In this document: positions 1 to 8,985 of the stretch, piece by piece
Position numbering within the stretch: the first letter of the stretch is position 1
How the letters are laid out: each line of letters starts with the position of its first letter
From: Erysipelotrichaceae bacterium
Lineage (GTDB): Bacteria > Bacillota_I > Bacilli_A > Erysipelotrichales > Erysipelotrichaceae
NCBI GenBank assembly: GCA_963663995.1
Contig: OY760660.1
Coordinates: forward strand, 1,770,001-1,802,000
Length of the DNA stretch: 32,000 nucleotides
Direction: 5' to 3'
The notes under the pieces: generated by a model
What the model saw: the letters and a program-made list of their open reading frames with translations, nothing else
The model's database searches: none
What the model was told of the DNA's origin: nothing
Made by a program: the position numbers and the translations under genes

Positions 1-67
1 ATTACTAATGAAGGTATTAAATTTATAACGACTTTATATTTAGTTTAAAATCATCTATCATAAAGAT

Positions 68-685
68 ATGAATTTTAAGCATATAAAAATATTAAAAAAG
101 CTAATGGGTAAAACTGGAGATTTTCAATCCTTTTTTAAAGAACTCATTGAGCTAGAACAAAAACAAGCTCAGATAAAGAAACAGCTTTCGATGTTTAATA
201 GACCTTCTAAAATAAAGAAAAAGGAAGACGGATTATCACCGATTAATTTTGTATTAGAGAATAATGGATTATCAAAATTAAGGAATAATGAAATTAAGGA
301 ACAACTAGATTTATTAGTTGATAAATTTATTGAAAATGATCAGTATTATGATCAAAATCGAGATCGTATTTTAGCGGCGTTTAATTCAATTGTTAATGAA
401 ATTAAAACGAGTTTTTTTATGACTGAAGAAACACGTGAATTACTTCAATATAAATTTAATAAGATTAGTGAAGAGTATACAAAAATGAGAGACATCTGTT
501 TATTTAATATGGCAGTCTTTTCAGCATTTATTTACTTCTATGAGAGTAAAGAAGTCATGATTTCCGAAATAAAAAATTACTTAGATAAAACAGATCTTAC
601 GTATAAACTTGTCCCAAGTTACGAAAACACCTATAAATACGAATATGAATATGAGAAGTTTGGCTTCTTTTTTACACAAAAATAA
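68..685 (+). CDS. hypothetical protein, 205 aa, Lys/Glu-rich
   Basis: Long ORF co-directional with its neighbours. No family motif recognised and only a weak SD. Confidence 0.45.
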   Translation: MNFKHIKILKKLMGKTGDFQSFFKELIELEQKQAQIKKQLSMFNRPSKIKKKEDGLSPINFVLENNGLSKLRNNEIKEQLDLLVDKFIENDQYYDQNRDRILAAFNSIVNEIKTSFFMTEETRELLQYKFNKISEEYTKMRDICLFNMAVFSAFIYFYESKEVMISEIKNYLDKTDLTYKLVPSYENTYKYEYEYEKFGFFFTQK

Positions 686-695
686 GTGAGGATTT

Positions 696-1037
696 ATGTC
701 GAAAATTAAAGTAATATTCCATATAGACGAAATGTCTAAATGGCCATTGGTGCTTGCGAATACTCGTAATTTAATCAATGAAATGCAAGATGTCTTAAGT
801 GAAGTTGAAGTATTAGCTAATTCTGAAGCTGTTTTATTTTTTAAGAATGATAATAGTGATTTAAAAGAACAAGTTTTGGCTTTATCTAATAAAGTTAAGT
901 TTTGTGTATGCAGAAACTCAATGAAATCACTAAAAATTGAAGCAAAAGAAATTGATGACTATATCTCAATTGTAAGTTCAGGTGTAGCTTATCTTGCTTA
1001 TCAACAAAATGATGGTTTTGCTTATATCAAACCTTGA
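696..1037 (+). CDS. DsrE/DsrF-like small protein (COG1416-type)
   Basis: 113 aa. The N-terminus MSKIKVIFHIDE..KW..VLANTRNL resembles DsrE-fold small proteins. SD gtgagga lies just upstream of the ATG. Assignment is from memory of the family pattern only. Confidence 0.5.
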   Translation: MSKIKVIFHIDEMSKWPLVLANTRNLINEMQDVLSEVEVLANSEAVLFFKNDNSDLKEQVLALSNKVKFCVCRNSMKSLKIEAKEIDDYISIVSSGVAYLAYQQNDGFAYIKP

Positions 1038-1110
1038 TTAGCACTAAAGTCTAATTGTTTGTATAGGTTTATGATGTTAACTTTAAGATAATAAAATTGA
1101 GGAGATCACA

Positions 1111-1719
1111 ATGAAAAAATTCACAAAGATTTTTTTGATCAGTTTATTATTTATAACAATTCTTGGTGCTTGTACAAGTGCTAAACCTGAAGATACTGTA
1201 ACTGAATTTTTAGATACGATTAAAAATACAGATGATGGATTGTTTGATGAGTCGTTGAAAGATTATTGGGTAAGTGATAGTTCAAACATGGATACTGTTG
1301 AAGAACTAAATTCTGATGATGATGCATATACAGAACTCTATCTACAATATATGCAAGATTTTGACTATACAATTTTAGATAGTACTGTTACTGATGATTT
1401 AGCTGTGGTAAGTGTTGAGTTTACGACTTACCCAATTGCTGAAATGTTTATGGCATGGATGATGCAAATGTTTACTAATTTATTTGATCCTACAATAAGT
1501 GGTTTAAGTGAAGAAGAACTCAATCAAAAATACATAGAGTGGTTTAATGAAGTTGCGCAAAACTATAGTAAAAATCGAGTGAGTACAGCTGATATCCATT
1601 TAATAAAAATTGAAGGTGACTGGAAGTTCTCTGCAGATGATGAAAATATCGATTTTGTTGATGCATTATTTGGAGGATTACTCTCAGGATTCGATGGAGA
1701 TCTTATCGAAGAATCATAG
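1111..1719 (+). CDS. putative lipoprotein, acidic, unknown function
   Basis: Signal peptide ending in lipobox ILGAC (Cys21). SD gaggag upstream. No catalytic motif. Confidence 0.7.
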   Translation: MKKFTKIFLISLLFITILGACTSAKPEDTVTEFLDTIKNTDDGLFDESLKDYWVSDSSNMDTVEELNSDDDAYTELYLQYMQDFDYTILDSTVTDDLAVVSVEFTTYPIAEMFMAWMMQMFTNLFDPTISGLSEEELNQKYIEWFNEVAQNYSKNRVSTADIHLIKIEGDWKFSADDENIDFVDALFGGLLSGFDGDLIEES

Positions 1720-1799
1720 ATTTTTTAAAAGTTTAAATGGATTTTCAATTAAATTAATTGAAGCTTTACGCTATAATTAAAACACGAGGTATTTACTAC

Positions 1800-2711
1800 A
1801 TGAATAATCCAAGTTTAGTAATCTTAGCTGCCGGAATGGGTAGTCGTTATGGCGGTTTAAAACAAATTGATACACTGGGAAATAATGGTGAATCAATTAT
1901 TGATTTCTCTATTTATGATGCGATCAAAGCTGGCTTTAAGAAAGTTTATTTAATCATTCGAAAAGAACATCAAGAAGCCTTTGAAAATTCATTAGGCAAG
2001 AAGATCAGACCATTTATTGAGGTTGAATATGTCTTTCAGGATCTAAGTGATTTACCACTTAGTTTTAGTGTTCCTGAAGGAAGAGAAAAACCATGGGGAA
2101 CAACCCATGCGATGTGGGCATGTCGAAATCAAGTCAAAGAACCATTTATGATTTGTAATGCAGATGACTATTATGGGGTAGATGCCTTTAAAACAATGTA
2201 TGACTTTTTAGTCAATGATGTCAGTGATACAAACTATTCACTTATTGGCTATCGTTTAGTCAATACACTCTCTGATTCTGGTTCAGTGACACGTGGGGTT
2301 TGTGCAGTAAAAGATGGATGTCTTGTTGATGTGGTTGAACGCAAAGAGATCAAGAAAGACAGTGGTAAAGTTATTACCAGTGAAAATGGAGTAGATTGGT
2401 CAGAACTTGATCCACAAGGTTTAGTCTCCATGAACTTCTGGGGTTTCACACCTAAAGTCTTTGAACTTGCAGAGAAACAATTCATTGCATTTCTAAAACG
2501 TGATTTAGAAGCTAACCCCATGAAGTGTGAACATGTTATCCCAACGATGATTGGTGAAACATTAAATAAAGATTTATATAAGATGAATGCACTCACATCT
2601 GAGAATACTTGGTATGGAGTCACTTATAAAGAAGATAAACCGGGTGTGGTTGAAACCTTTAAACGTTTAAAAGATGAAAAAGTATATCCCTTTGATTTAT
2701 GGGCAAAATAA
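1800..2711 (+). CDS. sugar-phosphate nucleotidyltransferase family protein
   Basis: N-terminal LAAGMGSRYGGLKQ matches the GXGXR nucleotidyltransferase loop. I prefer ATG 1800 (gaggt SD 9 nt upstream) over the ORF-track TTG 1758, because a tataat hexamer (1772-1777) lies inside the longer version. Confidence 0.7.
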   Translation: MNNPSLVILAAGMGSRYGGLKQIDTLGNNGESIIDFSIYDAIKAGFKKVYLIIRKEHQEAFENSLGKKIRPFIEVEYVFQDLSDLPLSFSVPEGREKPWGTTHAMWACRNQVKEPFMICNADDYYGVDAFKTMYDFLVNDVSDTNYSLIGYRLVNTLSDSGSVTRGVCAVKDGCLVDVVERKEIKKDSGKVITSENGVDWSELDPQGLVSMNFWGFTPKVFELAEKQFIAFLKRDLEANPMKCEHVIPTMIGETLNKDLYKMNALTSENTWYGVTYKEDKPGVVETFKRLKDEKVYPFDLWAK

Positions 2712-2731
2712 AACGGAAGCAATTCCGTTTT
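2710..2731. terminator. bidirectional rho-independent terminator between convergent genes
   Basis: aaaacggaa-gcaa-ttccgtttt forms a 9-bp stem flanked by an A-run and a T-run. It sits between the stop at 2711 (+) and the stop at 2732 (-). Confidence 0.7.
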
Positions 2732-3877
2732 TTAGTTAAATAAGTTTTTAATTAAATCAAATGAGTAGAAGATTGTTCCAAAACTAGTAAATAAGTTTGC
2801 GAATACAACAACGAGTAATATTCGAGCAACTCTGTTTTTCCAATAACCTTTTAGATGTAATACGTCATCTGATAAATTCATGAAGTCTTCTACTTTTGGT
2901 TTATGGACCCAAGCTTCAACGAGTCCTGCAAACCAACCAGTAGCTAAGAAAGGACTTAAGATTCCAATGGGTGCCATAAAGAATGCTGTAATAATGCTTA
3001 AGGGATGACCTAATGCTAGTGCAGTTCCAAGCGCAGCGAGTGATCCATTAATCACTAAGAATTTTAGAATGGTTGATAGGGCAACTTCAGGTGATTTAAA
3101 AATAGTTATGCCAATTAATCCTAAGATGAGTAGTGGGACAATCCATTGTGTTAGTTTTGATGTTTTTTTGGCTTGAGGTTTCTTTAATAAAGCGGAAATA
3201 CTGTGGGGTTGTTCAATGTATTTTAAGATTCCCGGAACATGAGCAGCACCAACGACAGCAACAATATTTTCGCCTTTAGCACGTCTCATTTTTTCAGCTA
3301 AAATACGATCTCTTTCATCAATCAGTGTTGTCGTTATTTGTGGGAAGGTTTGTTCAACTTCTTTTAAGGCAGATTGGAGAAGATCTTGTTCTTTTAGTTT
3401 TTCGATATCTTCTTCTTTTATATCGTTTTCGAAGAATGATCCAAACATTTCTGTCATCAGTTTTGATTTCTCAATAAAACCTAATGAATGCCAGATTCTT
3501 AGCAAAGTAATTTGAATCGAGCGGTCAATTTTTTCTAAATGGATATTATGTGTTAAAGCAAAATCAACAGCAGCTTTTATTTCATCACCTGGTTTAACAT
3601 CAAATTTATTGGCAATCTTTTTTTGATAAGAGGACAAGATCATTTGAGAAAGTAGGAAAGCGACCTTCTTTTCTTTGATAATTTTTACAATATCAGTGTT
3701 TTCCCATTTCTTTGTATTGACCATGGATTGGTAACGTTCTTCATCTAGTTCAATACATATGCAGTCAGGTTGAAGTCCTTGGCATACTGATTTTACTTCA
3801 TCAATTGAGGCTTGGGAAACATGAGCAGTTCCCACAATTGTAATTTTCTTGTTTTTTAATTGTATTTCGGTTTTCAT
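2732..3877 (-). CDS. TraB/PrgY/GumN family protein with C-terminal transmembrane segments
   Basis: N-terminal KKITIVGTAHVSQASIDEV matches the TraB-family GTAHVS signature. A second AHVPG motif is present and the C-terminal third is hydrophobic. Confidence 0.75.
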   Translation of the reverse strand: MKTEIQLKNKKITIVGTAHVSQASIDEVKSVCQGLQPDCICIELDEERYQSMVNTKKWENTDIVKIIKEKKVAFLLSQMILSSYQKKIANKFDVKPGDEIKAAVDFALTHNIHLEKIDRSIQITLLRIWHSLGFIEKSKLMTEMFGSFFENDIKEEDIEKLKEQDLLQSALKEVEQTFPQITTTLIDERDRILAEKMRRAKGENIVAVVGAAHVPGILKYIEQPHSISALLKKPQAKKTSKLTQWIVPLLILGLIGITIFKSPEVALSTILKFLVINGSLAALGTALALGHPLSIITAFFMAPIGILSPFLATGWFAGLVEAWVHKPKVEDFMNLSDDVLHLKGYWKNRVARILLVVVFANLFTSFGTIFYSFDLIKNLFN

Positions 3878-3932
3878 AGGACCTGTACATCATAGCATCT
3901 TTTCCCTTGAAATGAACTTGTTCTATCAAATA

Positions 3933-3957
3933 ATCACATAAGATTATGTGATATAAT
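3933..3957 (+). promoter_or_regulatory. candidate cdaA promoter (extended -10) overlapped by a 20-bp perfect palindrome
   Basis: TGaTATAAT at 3949-3957. ATCACATA-agat-TATGTGAT at 3933-3952. No good -35 hexamer was seen. Confidence 0.45.
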
Positions 3958-3980
3958 AAGTGGGCTTAGGAGGATGTTTC

Positions 3981-5627
3981 ATGCTCAATTATTCAACACT
4001 CCAAACGCTCATTCAGTTGGTGCGGATGGTAGCCGATATTGGCATCCTTTGGATCTTGTTGTTCTACACAATAAAAATCGTTAGAAATAATACTAGAACA
4101 GCTCAAATTTTCAAAGGAATCATACTTATTTTAATCATTAGAGCAATCGCAAACTACTTTGGTTTCAAAGCAGTTGATTGGCTCGCAGGTGTCTTGGTAA
4201 CCTATGGTTTCTTAGCCATCATTATTATTTTCCAACCAGAAATTAGGACTATACTTGAAAGATTAGGTAAGAATACCTTCTTTTCACGTTTATCAACCTT
4301 ATCTGGAACAGAGCGTGAACGTCTAGTTGATGAACTAGTTTCAGCAACCATGAATTTATCTGCCAATCGTGTCGGTGCATTAATCACCATTGAACAAGGT
4401 GTTTCACTGAGCGATTTTATCAAAACAGGAACGCCGATTAACTCCTTAGTTAATGCGGAGTTGCTGAATACCATCTTTTTACCTAATACACCAATTCATG
4501 ATGGTGCAGTCATTATTCAAGGGGATCGCATTGCCTGTGCATCTGCCTATTTCCCACCAACCAATATGGTTGTCCCAACCCGATTTGGCGCACGTCATAG
4601 AGCAGCGATTGGGATCAGTGAAATCACTGACTCATTTACAATTGTTGTATCCGAAAAGAGTGGTCGTGTTTCAATTGCAGAAGAAGGAAAACTTGTTCCA
4701 GTCAATCAAACAGAATTACGCAATTTCTTAAAACAAATTATTCTCCATGGCGAAGAAGAAGTAACAGCTGAGTCAACCAAGAAAATTATCCCAGCAGCAC
4801 CAGATAATTCACCTGAAGTGTTTCATGAGGATTCAATGGTTGAAAACCGTGGATTTTTCAAACGCCTATTCTCTCCAAACCCAAGTATTAAACCTAGTCC
4901 AGAAGTGATTGAGGCCGATGCGAAAAAACTTGCTGACGAAAAAGCTAAAAAAGAAGCTGAAAAGAAAGCTAAAGAAGATGCTATAAAAGCAGAAGCTGAA
5001 GCAAAGATAAAAGCCGAAGAAGAAGCTAAACGCTTGGCTGAAGAAAAAGAAAAGGCAGAAGCTGAAGCTAAAGAACAAGCTGAAGCAGAGGCAAAACGAT
5101 TAGCCGAAGAAAAAGCTAAAGCGGATGAAGAAGCAAGAATAAAAGCTGAAGAGCAGGCGAAAGAAGAAGCAGAAGCTAAAGTACTAGCGGATACTCAAAA
5201 AGAAGCTGAAGATAAAGCACAAAAAGAAGCTGATGAAAAGGCGAGAGTTGAACAAGAAGTAGCATTAAAAGCTACAGTTGATGCTAAGGCGGAAACCCCT
5301 GGTTTCTTTGAACGTTTATTTGGTAAAAAAGCAGAAGTTAAAGTTGAAGAACCTGTGGTTGTCGAAGAAGTTGAAGAAAAGATAGATGACAATACTACAA
5401 GTACAAAGAAGAAAAGTACAAGCACTCGAAAAAAATCTTCAACGACTAAGAAAACTACAACTAAAAAGAAAACAACCAAAAAGGTTGAAGAAGATAAAGA
5501 AGAACTTAATGTGGATGATATTGAACCAATTAAAGATACGCCACATGTTAATTTAGAATACAGTGTCTCCGATGAATCATTATTGGATGATGACGATTTT
5601 TCTGATGAATCGAAAGGAGGCAAATAA
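3981..5627 (+). CDS. cdaA: diadenylate cyclase CdaA with a ~290-aa low-complexity C-terminal extension
   Basis: Three N-terminal TM helices followed by DAC-domain motifs DGAVII, GARHRAA and VVSEKSGRVS. SD aggagga lies 6 nt before ATG 3981; the ORF-track GTG 3960 is rejected. The tail from about nt 4746 is E/A/K-rich, then T/K-rich, then acidic. Confidence 0.9.
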   Translation: MLNYSTLQTLIQLVRMVADIGILWILLFYTIKIVRNNTRTAQIFKGIILILIIRAIANYFGFKAVDWLAGVLVTYGFLAIIIIFQPEIRTILERLGKNTFFSRLSTLSGTERERLVDELVSATMNLSANRVGALITIEQGVSLSDFIKTGTPINSLVNAELLNTIFLPNTPIHDGAVIIQGDRIACASAYFPPTNMVVPTRFGARHRAAIGISEITDSFTIVVSEKSGRVSIAEEGKLVPVNQTELRNFLKQIILHGEEEVTAESTKKIIPAAPDNSPEVFHEDSMVENRGFFKRLFSPNPSIKPSPEVIEADAKKLADEKAKKEAEKKAKEDAIKAEAEAKIKAEEEAKRLAEEKEKAEAEAKEQAEAEAKRLAEEKAKADEEARIKAEEQAKEEAEAKVLADTQKEAEDKAQKEADEKARVEQEVALKATVDAKAETPGFFERLFGKKAEVKVEEPVVVEEVEEKIDDNTTSTKKKSTSTRKKSSTTKKTTTKKKTTKKVEEDKEELNVDDIEPIKDTPHVNLEYSVSDESLLDDDDFSDESKGGK

Positions 5628-5629
5628 TC

Positions 5630-7000
5630 ATGACTGCACCTCGAAAAGATGATGAACACAAACAAAATCCTGAGAAATTAGAATTAGCAAAAGCAATTGC
5701 TGAACAAAGTCAAAAAGTTATTAAAACTTATACAAGCATTGAGTCTATGTTTTTAAGATTTGGGAAGTTCTTTAGTTCATGGTTTGACCGTATCCTTTTC
5801 AATCAACGAAATGGTAAAGTTATCTCCTTGATTCTAGCGATTATTTTATATGTTGCGATTAACTTTAATATAGGTGAAGTTATCTTTGAATCCCCGATTA
5901 CTTCAGGGGTAACCATCGATAATATTCCTGTTACGGTTATTTCTAACCAAGAAGTTTACGAAGTCAGCGGATTGCCAGATGAAGTTACTGCTTATGTCGT
6001 TGGTGATTTATCTGATATTACTTTAATTCGTACACAAAAGGCATATTCTGTTGTGGCTGATCTTTCAGGTCTGCTTGAAGGTGTGCACGAAGTTGATTTA
6101 AGCCCAAAAGATTTCTCATCTCGAGTAGATGTCGCACTACAACCATCAACAGCTGTTGTGACGATTAAAAAGAAGATCTCACAACATTTCGATTTAGAGT
6201 ATGACTTTATTAATACAGATAAGATGTCTCAAGAATATGTTTTATCTGAACCAGTATTTGGTGATAGTGAAATTATTATTCGTGCTTCTCAAGATACATT
6301 GGACCAAATTGGGATTGTTAAGGCTTTAATAGATGCGAGTGGTGTAACAGTTGACTTTAGTCAAAATGCACCAATTGTTGCCTATGATCAAAATGGTAAT
6401 CGTATGAATGTCGATATTATGCCGGCTTCAGTAAACGTATCAGTAGGTGTTACATCACCAAATAAGACAGTTAATATTTCTGTTTTACCTCAAGGTGAAA
6501 TTCCTAACAATCAAGCAATTGAAAGCATTGTTCTAGACCAACAAACCGTCACCATTTATGGTCGTGAAACCGTCTTGAACTCCATTGATTCTCTTCAAGT
6601 ACCAATTGATGCGACACAGTTAAGTAGTGATACTTCACTAGTTGCGGATGTACCTTTACCAACGGGTATACGTCTATCGAGTGTTTCGCGTGTAAATATG
6701 CAAATTACATTAGGTGAAGGCATTGATTCGGTTGTTGAAAACGTCTTTATCCAATACGTAAACAATGTTAAAGGATATCGATTTACATTAGTTAACCCTG
6801 AAGATACACAAACATCGATCGATGTCTTTGGGACACAAACAAACTTAGACTTGCTCTCTACAGATGATTTCTATGTTTACTTTGATATGACTAACATTGA
6901 ATTAGGTGAACAAGAAGTACAACTTTATATGCGATCATATAAACCTTTAGTTAAAGCAAGTCTACAAAAACAAACAATAATGATTAACGTGGTGGAATAA
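5630..7000 (+). CDS. cdaR: CdaA regulatory protein CdaR (YbbR-domain protein)
   Basis: Single N-terminal TM helix, then repeated YbbR-like beta-rich modules. It occupies the conserved position between cdaA and glmM, 2 nt after the cdaA stop. Confidence 0.85.
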   Translation: MTAPRKDDEHKQNPEKLELAKAIAEQSQKVIKTYTSIESMFLRFGKFFSSWFDRILFNQRNGKVISLILAIILYVAINFNIGEVIFESPITSGVTIDNIPVTVISNQEVYEVSGLPDEVTAYVVGDLSDITLIRTQKAYSVVADLSGLLEGVHEVDLSPKDFSSRVDVALQPSTAVVTIKKKISQHFDLEYDFINTDKMSQEYVLSEPVFGDSEIIIRASQDTLDQIGIVKALIDASGVTVDFSQNAPIVAYDQNGNRMNVDIMPASVNVSVGVTSPNKTVNISVLPQGEIPNNQAIESIVLDQQTVTIYGRETVLNSIDSLQVPIDATQLSSDTSLVADVPLPTGIRLSSVSRVNMQITLGEGIDSVVENVFIQYVNNVKGYRFTLVNPEDTQTSIDVFGTQTNLDLLSTDDFYVYFDMTNIELGEQEVQLYMRSYKPLVKASLQKQTIMINVVE

Positions 7001-8323
7001 ATGGGAAAATACTTTGGAACAGATGGTGTTCGCGGAAAAGCGAATACAGAATTAACAGGTGATATAGCATTTAAAATTGGATTAGCTCTTGGTGAGCGCT
7101 ATATTGGCAAACGAATTAGCGTTGGGATGGATACTCGATTATCTTCGAGTATGCTTAAAAACGCAATTTCAGCTGGTGTATGTGCTGCTGGCGCAAATAT
7201 CTATGATTGTGGGGTAGTACCAACGCCATGTATTGCCTATATCACATCACATGAAGATTTTGTCGCTGGTGTAATGATTTCAGCTTCTCATAATCCTTAC
7301 TATGATAATGGGATAAAAATCTTTAACCATGATGGTGTAAAGATTGATGAAAATACAGAAAGTTTCATAGAAGAAGTTATTGATGGACGTCAAGTTCATT
7401 TGGTTTCTGATGAAAAAATTGGAACGGTGCATGTCTATTCAGATGCATTAATTCGCTATAAACAATATTTGAAAGATATCGTTAATCTAGACCTAAAAGG
7501 TGTGAAGATTGCGATTGATAGTGCGAATGGTTCAGCATCTGTGACAGCCGCATCTATTCTATCTGATCTAGGGGCAGAACTTTTTGCCTTAAATCAAGAA
7601 CCAAATGGAATTAATATTAATACAAATTGTGGGTCAACGCATCCTGAAGAACTACAGAGTTTTACCACTCGCCACAATTGCGCTGTTGGTTTTGCCTTTG
7701 ATGGTGATGCGGATCGTTTAATTGCGGTCGATGAGAATGGTGAATTATTTGATGGGGATAAAACGCTATATGTTTGTGGAATTCACATGAATGAAAAAGG
7801 TGAATTAAAAGAACATACGTTAGTGACTACTGTGATGGCTAACTTAGGTCTGCATAAAGCACTCAATCATAAGAATATTAAAACTGAGCAAACACAAGTT
7901 GGTGATAAATACGTTTATGATCGTATGATTTCCAATGATTTTAGTATTGGTGGAGAACAATCAGGTCATATCATTTTTAAAGAACATATGACCACAGGTG
8001 ATGGGGTTCTTACAGCACTTAAATTATTGGAAGTTATGCAAGATAAGCAACAATCATTAGCTCAACTTTCTAAAGACTTAGTTATTTATCCTCAAGTATT
8101 AAAGAATGTTAGAGTGAATGATAAGAAAAAAGCACTTGAAAACAGTGAGTTAAAAGCACTGATTAATGAAAAAGAAGCAAGTTTAAAAGGTGATGGTAGA
8201 ATCCTAGTTCGTCCAAGTGGAACTGAACCTTTAGTTCGGGTCATGGTTGAAGCAGCTAGTGATGATATTTGTCATCAACTTGTTGATGAAGTTGTAGAGA
8301 AAATACAAGGATTGGGGCTATGA
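7001..8323 (+). CDS. glmM: phosphoglucosamine mutase
   Basis: MGKYFGTDGVRG N-terminus, active-site GVMISASHNPYYDNGIK, DGDADR metal loop and GEQSGH. The start abuts the cdaR stop. Confidence 0.95.
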   Translation: MGKYFGTDGVRGKANTELTGDIAFKIGLALGERYIGKRISVGMDTRLSSSMLKNAISAGVCAAGANIYDCGVVPTPCIAYITSHEDFVAGVMISASHNPYYDNGIKIFNHDGVKIDENTESFIEEVIDGRQVHLVSDEKIGTVHVYSDALIRYKQYLKDIVNLDLKGVKIAIDSANGSASVTAASILSDLGAELFALNQEPNGININTNCGSTHPEELQSFTTRHNCAVGFAFDGDADRLIAVDENGELFDGDKTLYVCGIHMNEKGELKEHTLVTTVMANLGLHKALNHKNIKTEQTQVGDKYVYDRMISNDFSIGGEQSGHIIFKEHMTTGDGVLTALKLLEVMQDKQQSLAQLSKDLVIYPQVLKNVRVNDKKKALENSELKALINEKEASLKGDGRILVRPSGTEPLVRVMVEAASDDICHQLVDEVVEKIQGLGL

Positions 8324-8982
8324 TGATTAAACGTGTTATCAGTGTGGTTGAAGACGAAAAAGACTTAAACGAACTGGTTAAACGTTACCTTGAAAAAGAA
8401 GGCTATGAGGTTCGTTCGTATTTAACTTATGAAGAAGCAAGTATGCATGCATCTGATGATGATGTGCATTTATGGGTCTTAGACATCATGTTAGATGATA
8501 AGAGTGGTTTTGATTTGATTGAAGAAATTAAAATGCAATCAAATAACATTCCAGTTATTTTCATGAGTGCTCGAGATAAAGAATTTGATCGAATTATTGG
8601 TTTAGAAAAAGGTAGTGATGATTATATTACTAAACCTTTCTCACCAAAAGAACTTGTTTTAAGAGTCAATAATATTTTACGACGTGTTTATAAAGATGAT
8701 AATCGTTTAGAAGTAGACGGCTATGAAATTGATTTAGATCAACGTAAAGTTTATCGTGATTCTCAAGAAATTGATTTGACCACAAAAGAGTTTGATTTAC
8801 TGATGTTGTTTGTTAGAAATAAACAAACAGCTTTTTCCCGTGAACAAATATTAGATCGTGTATGGGAAACAAATTACTTCGGTAGTGATCGTGTTGTTGA
8901 TGATACCTTACGTCGTTTACGTAAAAAATTATCTAATTTAAACATTCATACGATCTATGGGTTTGGATACCGTTTAGGTTAA
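8320..8982 (+). CDS. OmpR-family response regulator
   Basis: Receiver domain (VEDE, LDIMLDD, KP motifs) plus a winged-helix C-terminus (...RRLRKKL...IHTIYGFGYRL). ATGA overlap with the glmM stop. Confidence 0.9.
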   Translation: MMIKRVISVVEDEKDLNELVKRYLEKEGYEVRSYLTYEEASMHASDDDVHLWVLDIMLDDKSGFDLIEEIKMQSNNIPVIFMSARDKEFDRIIGLEKGSDDYITKPFSPKELVLRVNNILRRVYKDDNRLEVDGYEIDLDQRKVYRDSQEIDLTTKEFDLLMLFVRNKQTAFSREQILDRVWETNYFGSDRVVDDTLRRLRKKLSNLNIHTIYGFGYRLG

Positions 8983-8985
8983 TTT

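Noticed and set aside
2249-2623. 124-aa minus-strand ORF. Similar short overlapping ORFs occur at 581-778, 4202-4474, 4498-4731, 11391-11621, 13084-13266, 14641-14952, 16701-16889, 20995-21186, 24561-24791, 25323-25547, 26333-26740 and 28312-28602
   Set aside because: All are nested in or antisense to genes with clear family motifs, lack SD sequences, and have composition typical of off-frame translation.
3960-3980. Longer ORF-track starts (GTG 3960 for cdaA, TTG 1758, ATG 17671, ATG 30567, ATG 31455, ATG 11092, TTG 15235)
   Set aside because: In each case a downstream ATG is preceded by a properly spaced SD. The extension either overlaps the upstream gene or promoter elements, or adds non-conserved residues.
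4866-5665. Two minus-strand ORFs (70 aa and 156 aa) rich in F/S/L
   Set aside because: They are antisense to the purine-rich low-complexity tail of cdaA. Their composition mirrors the GAA/GCT repeats, and they overlap a well-supported gene.
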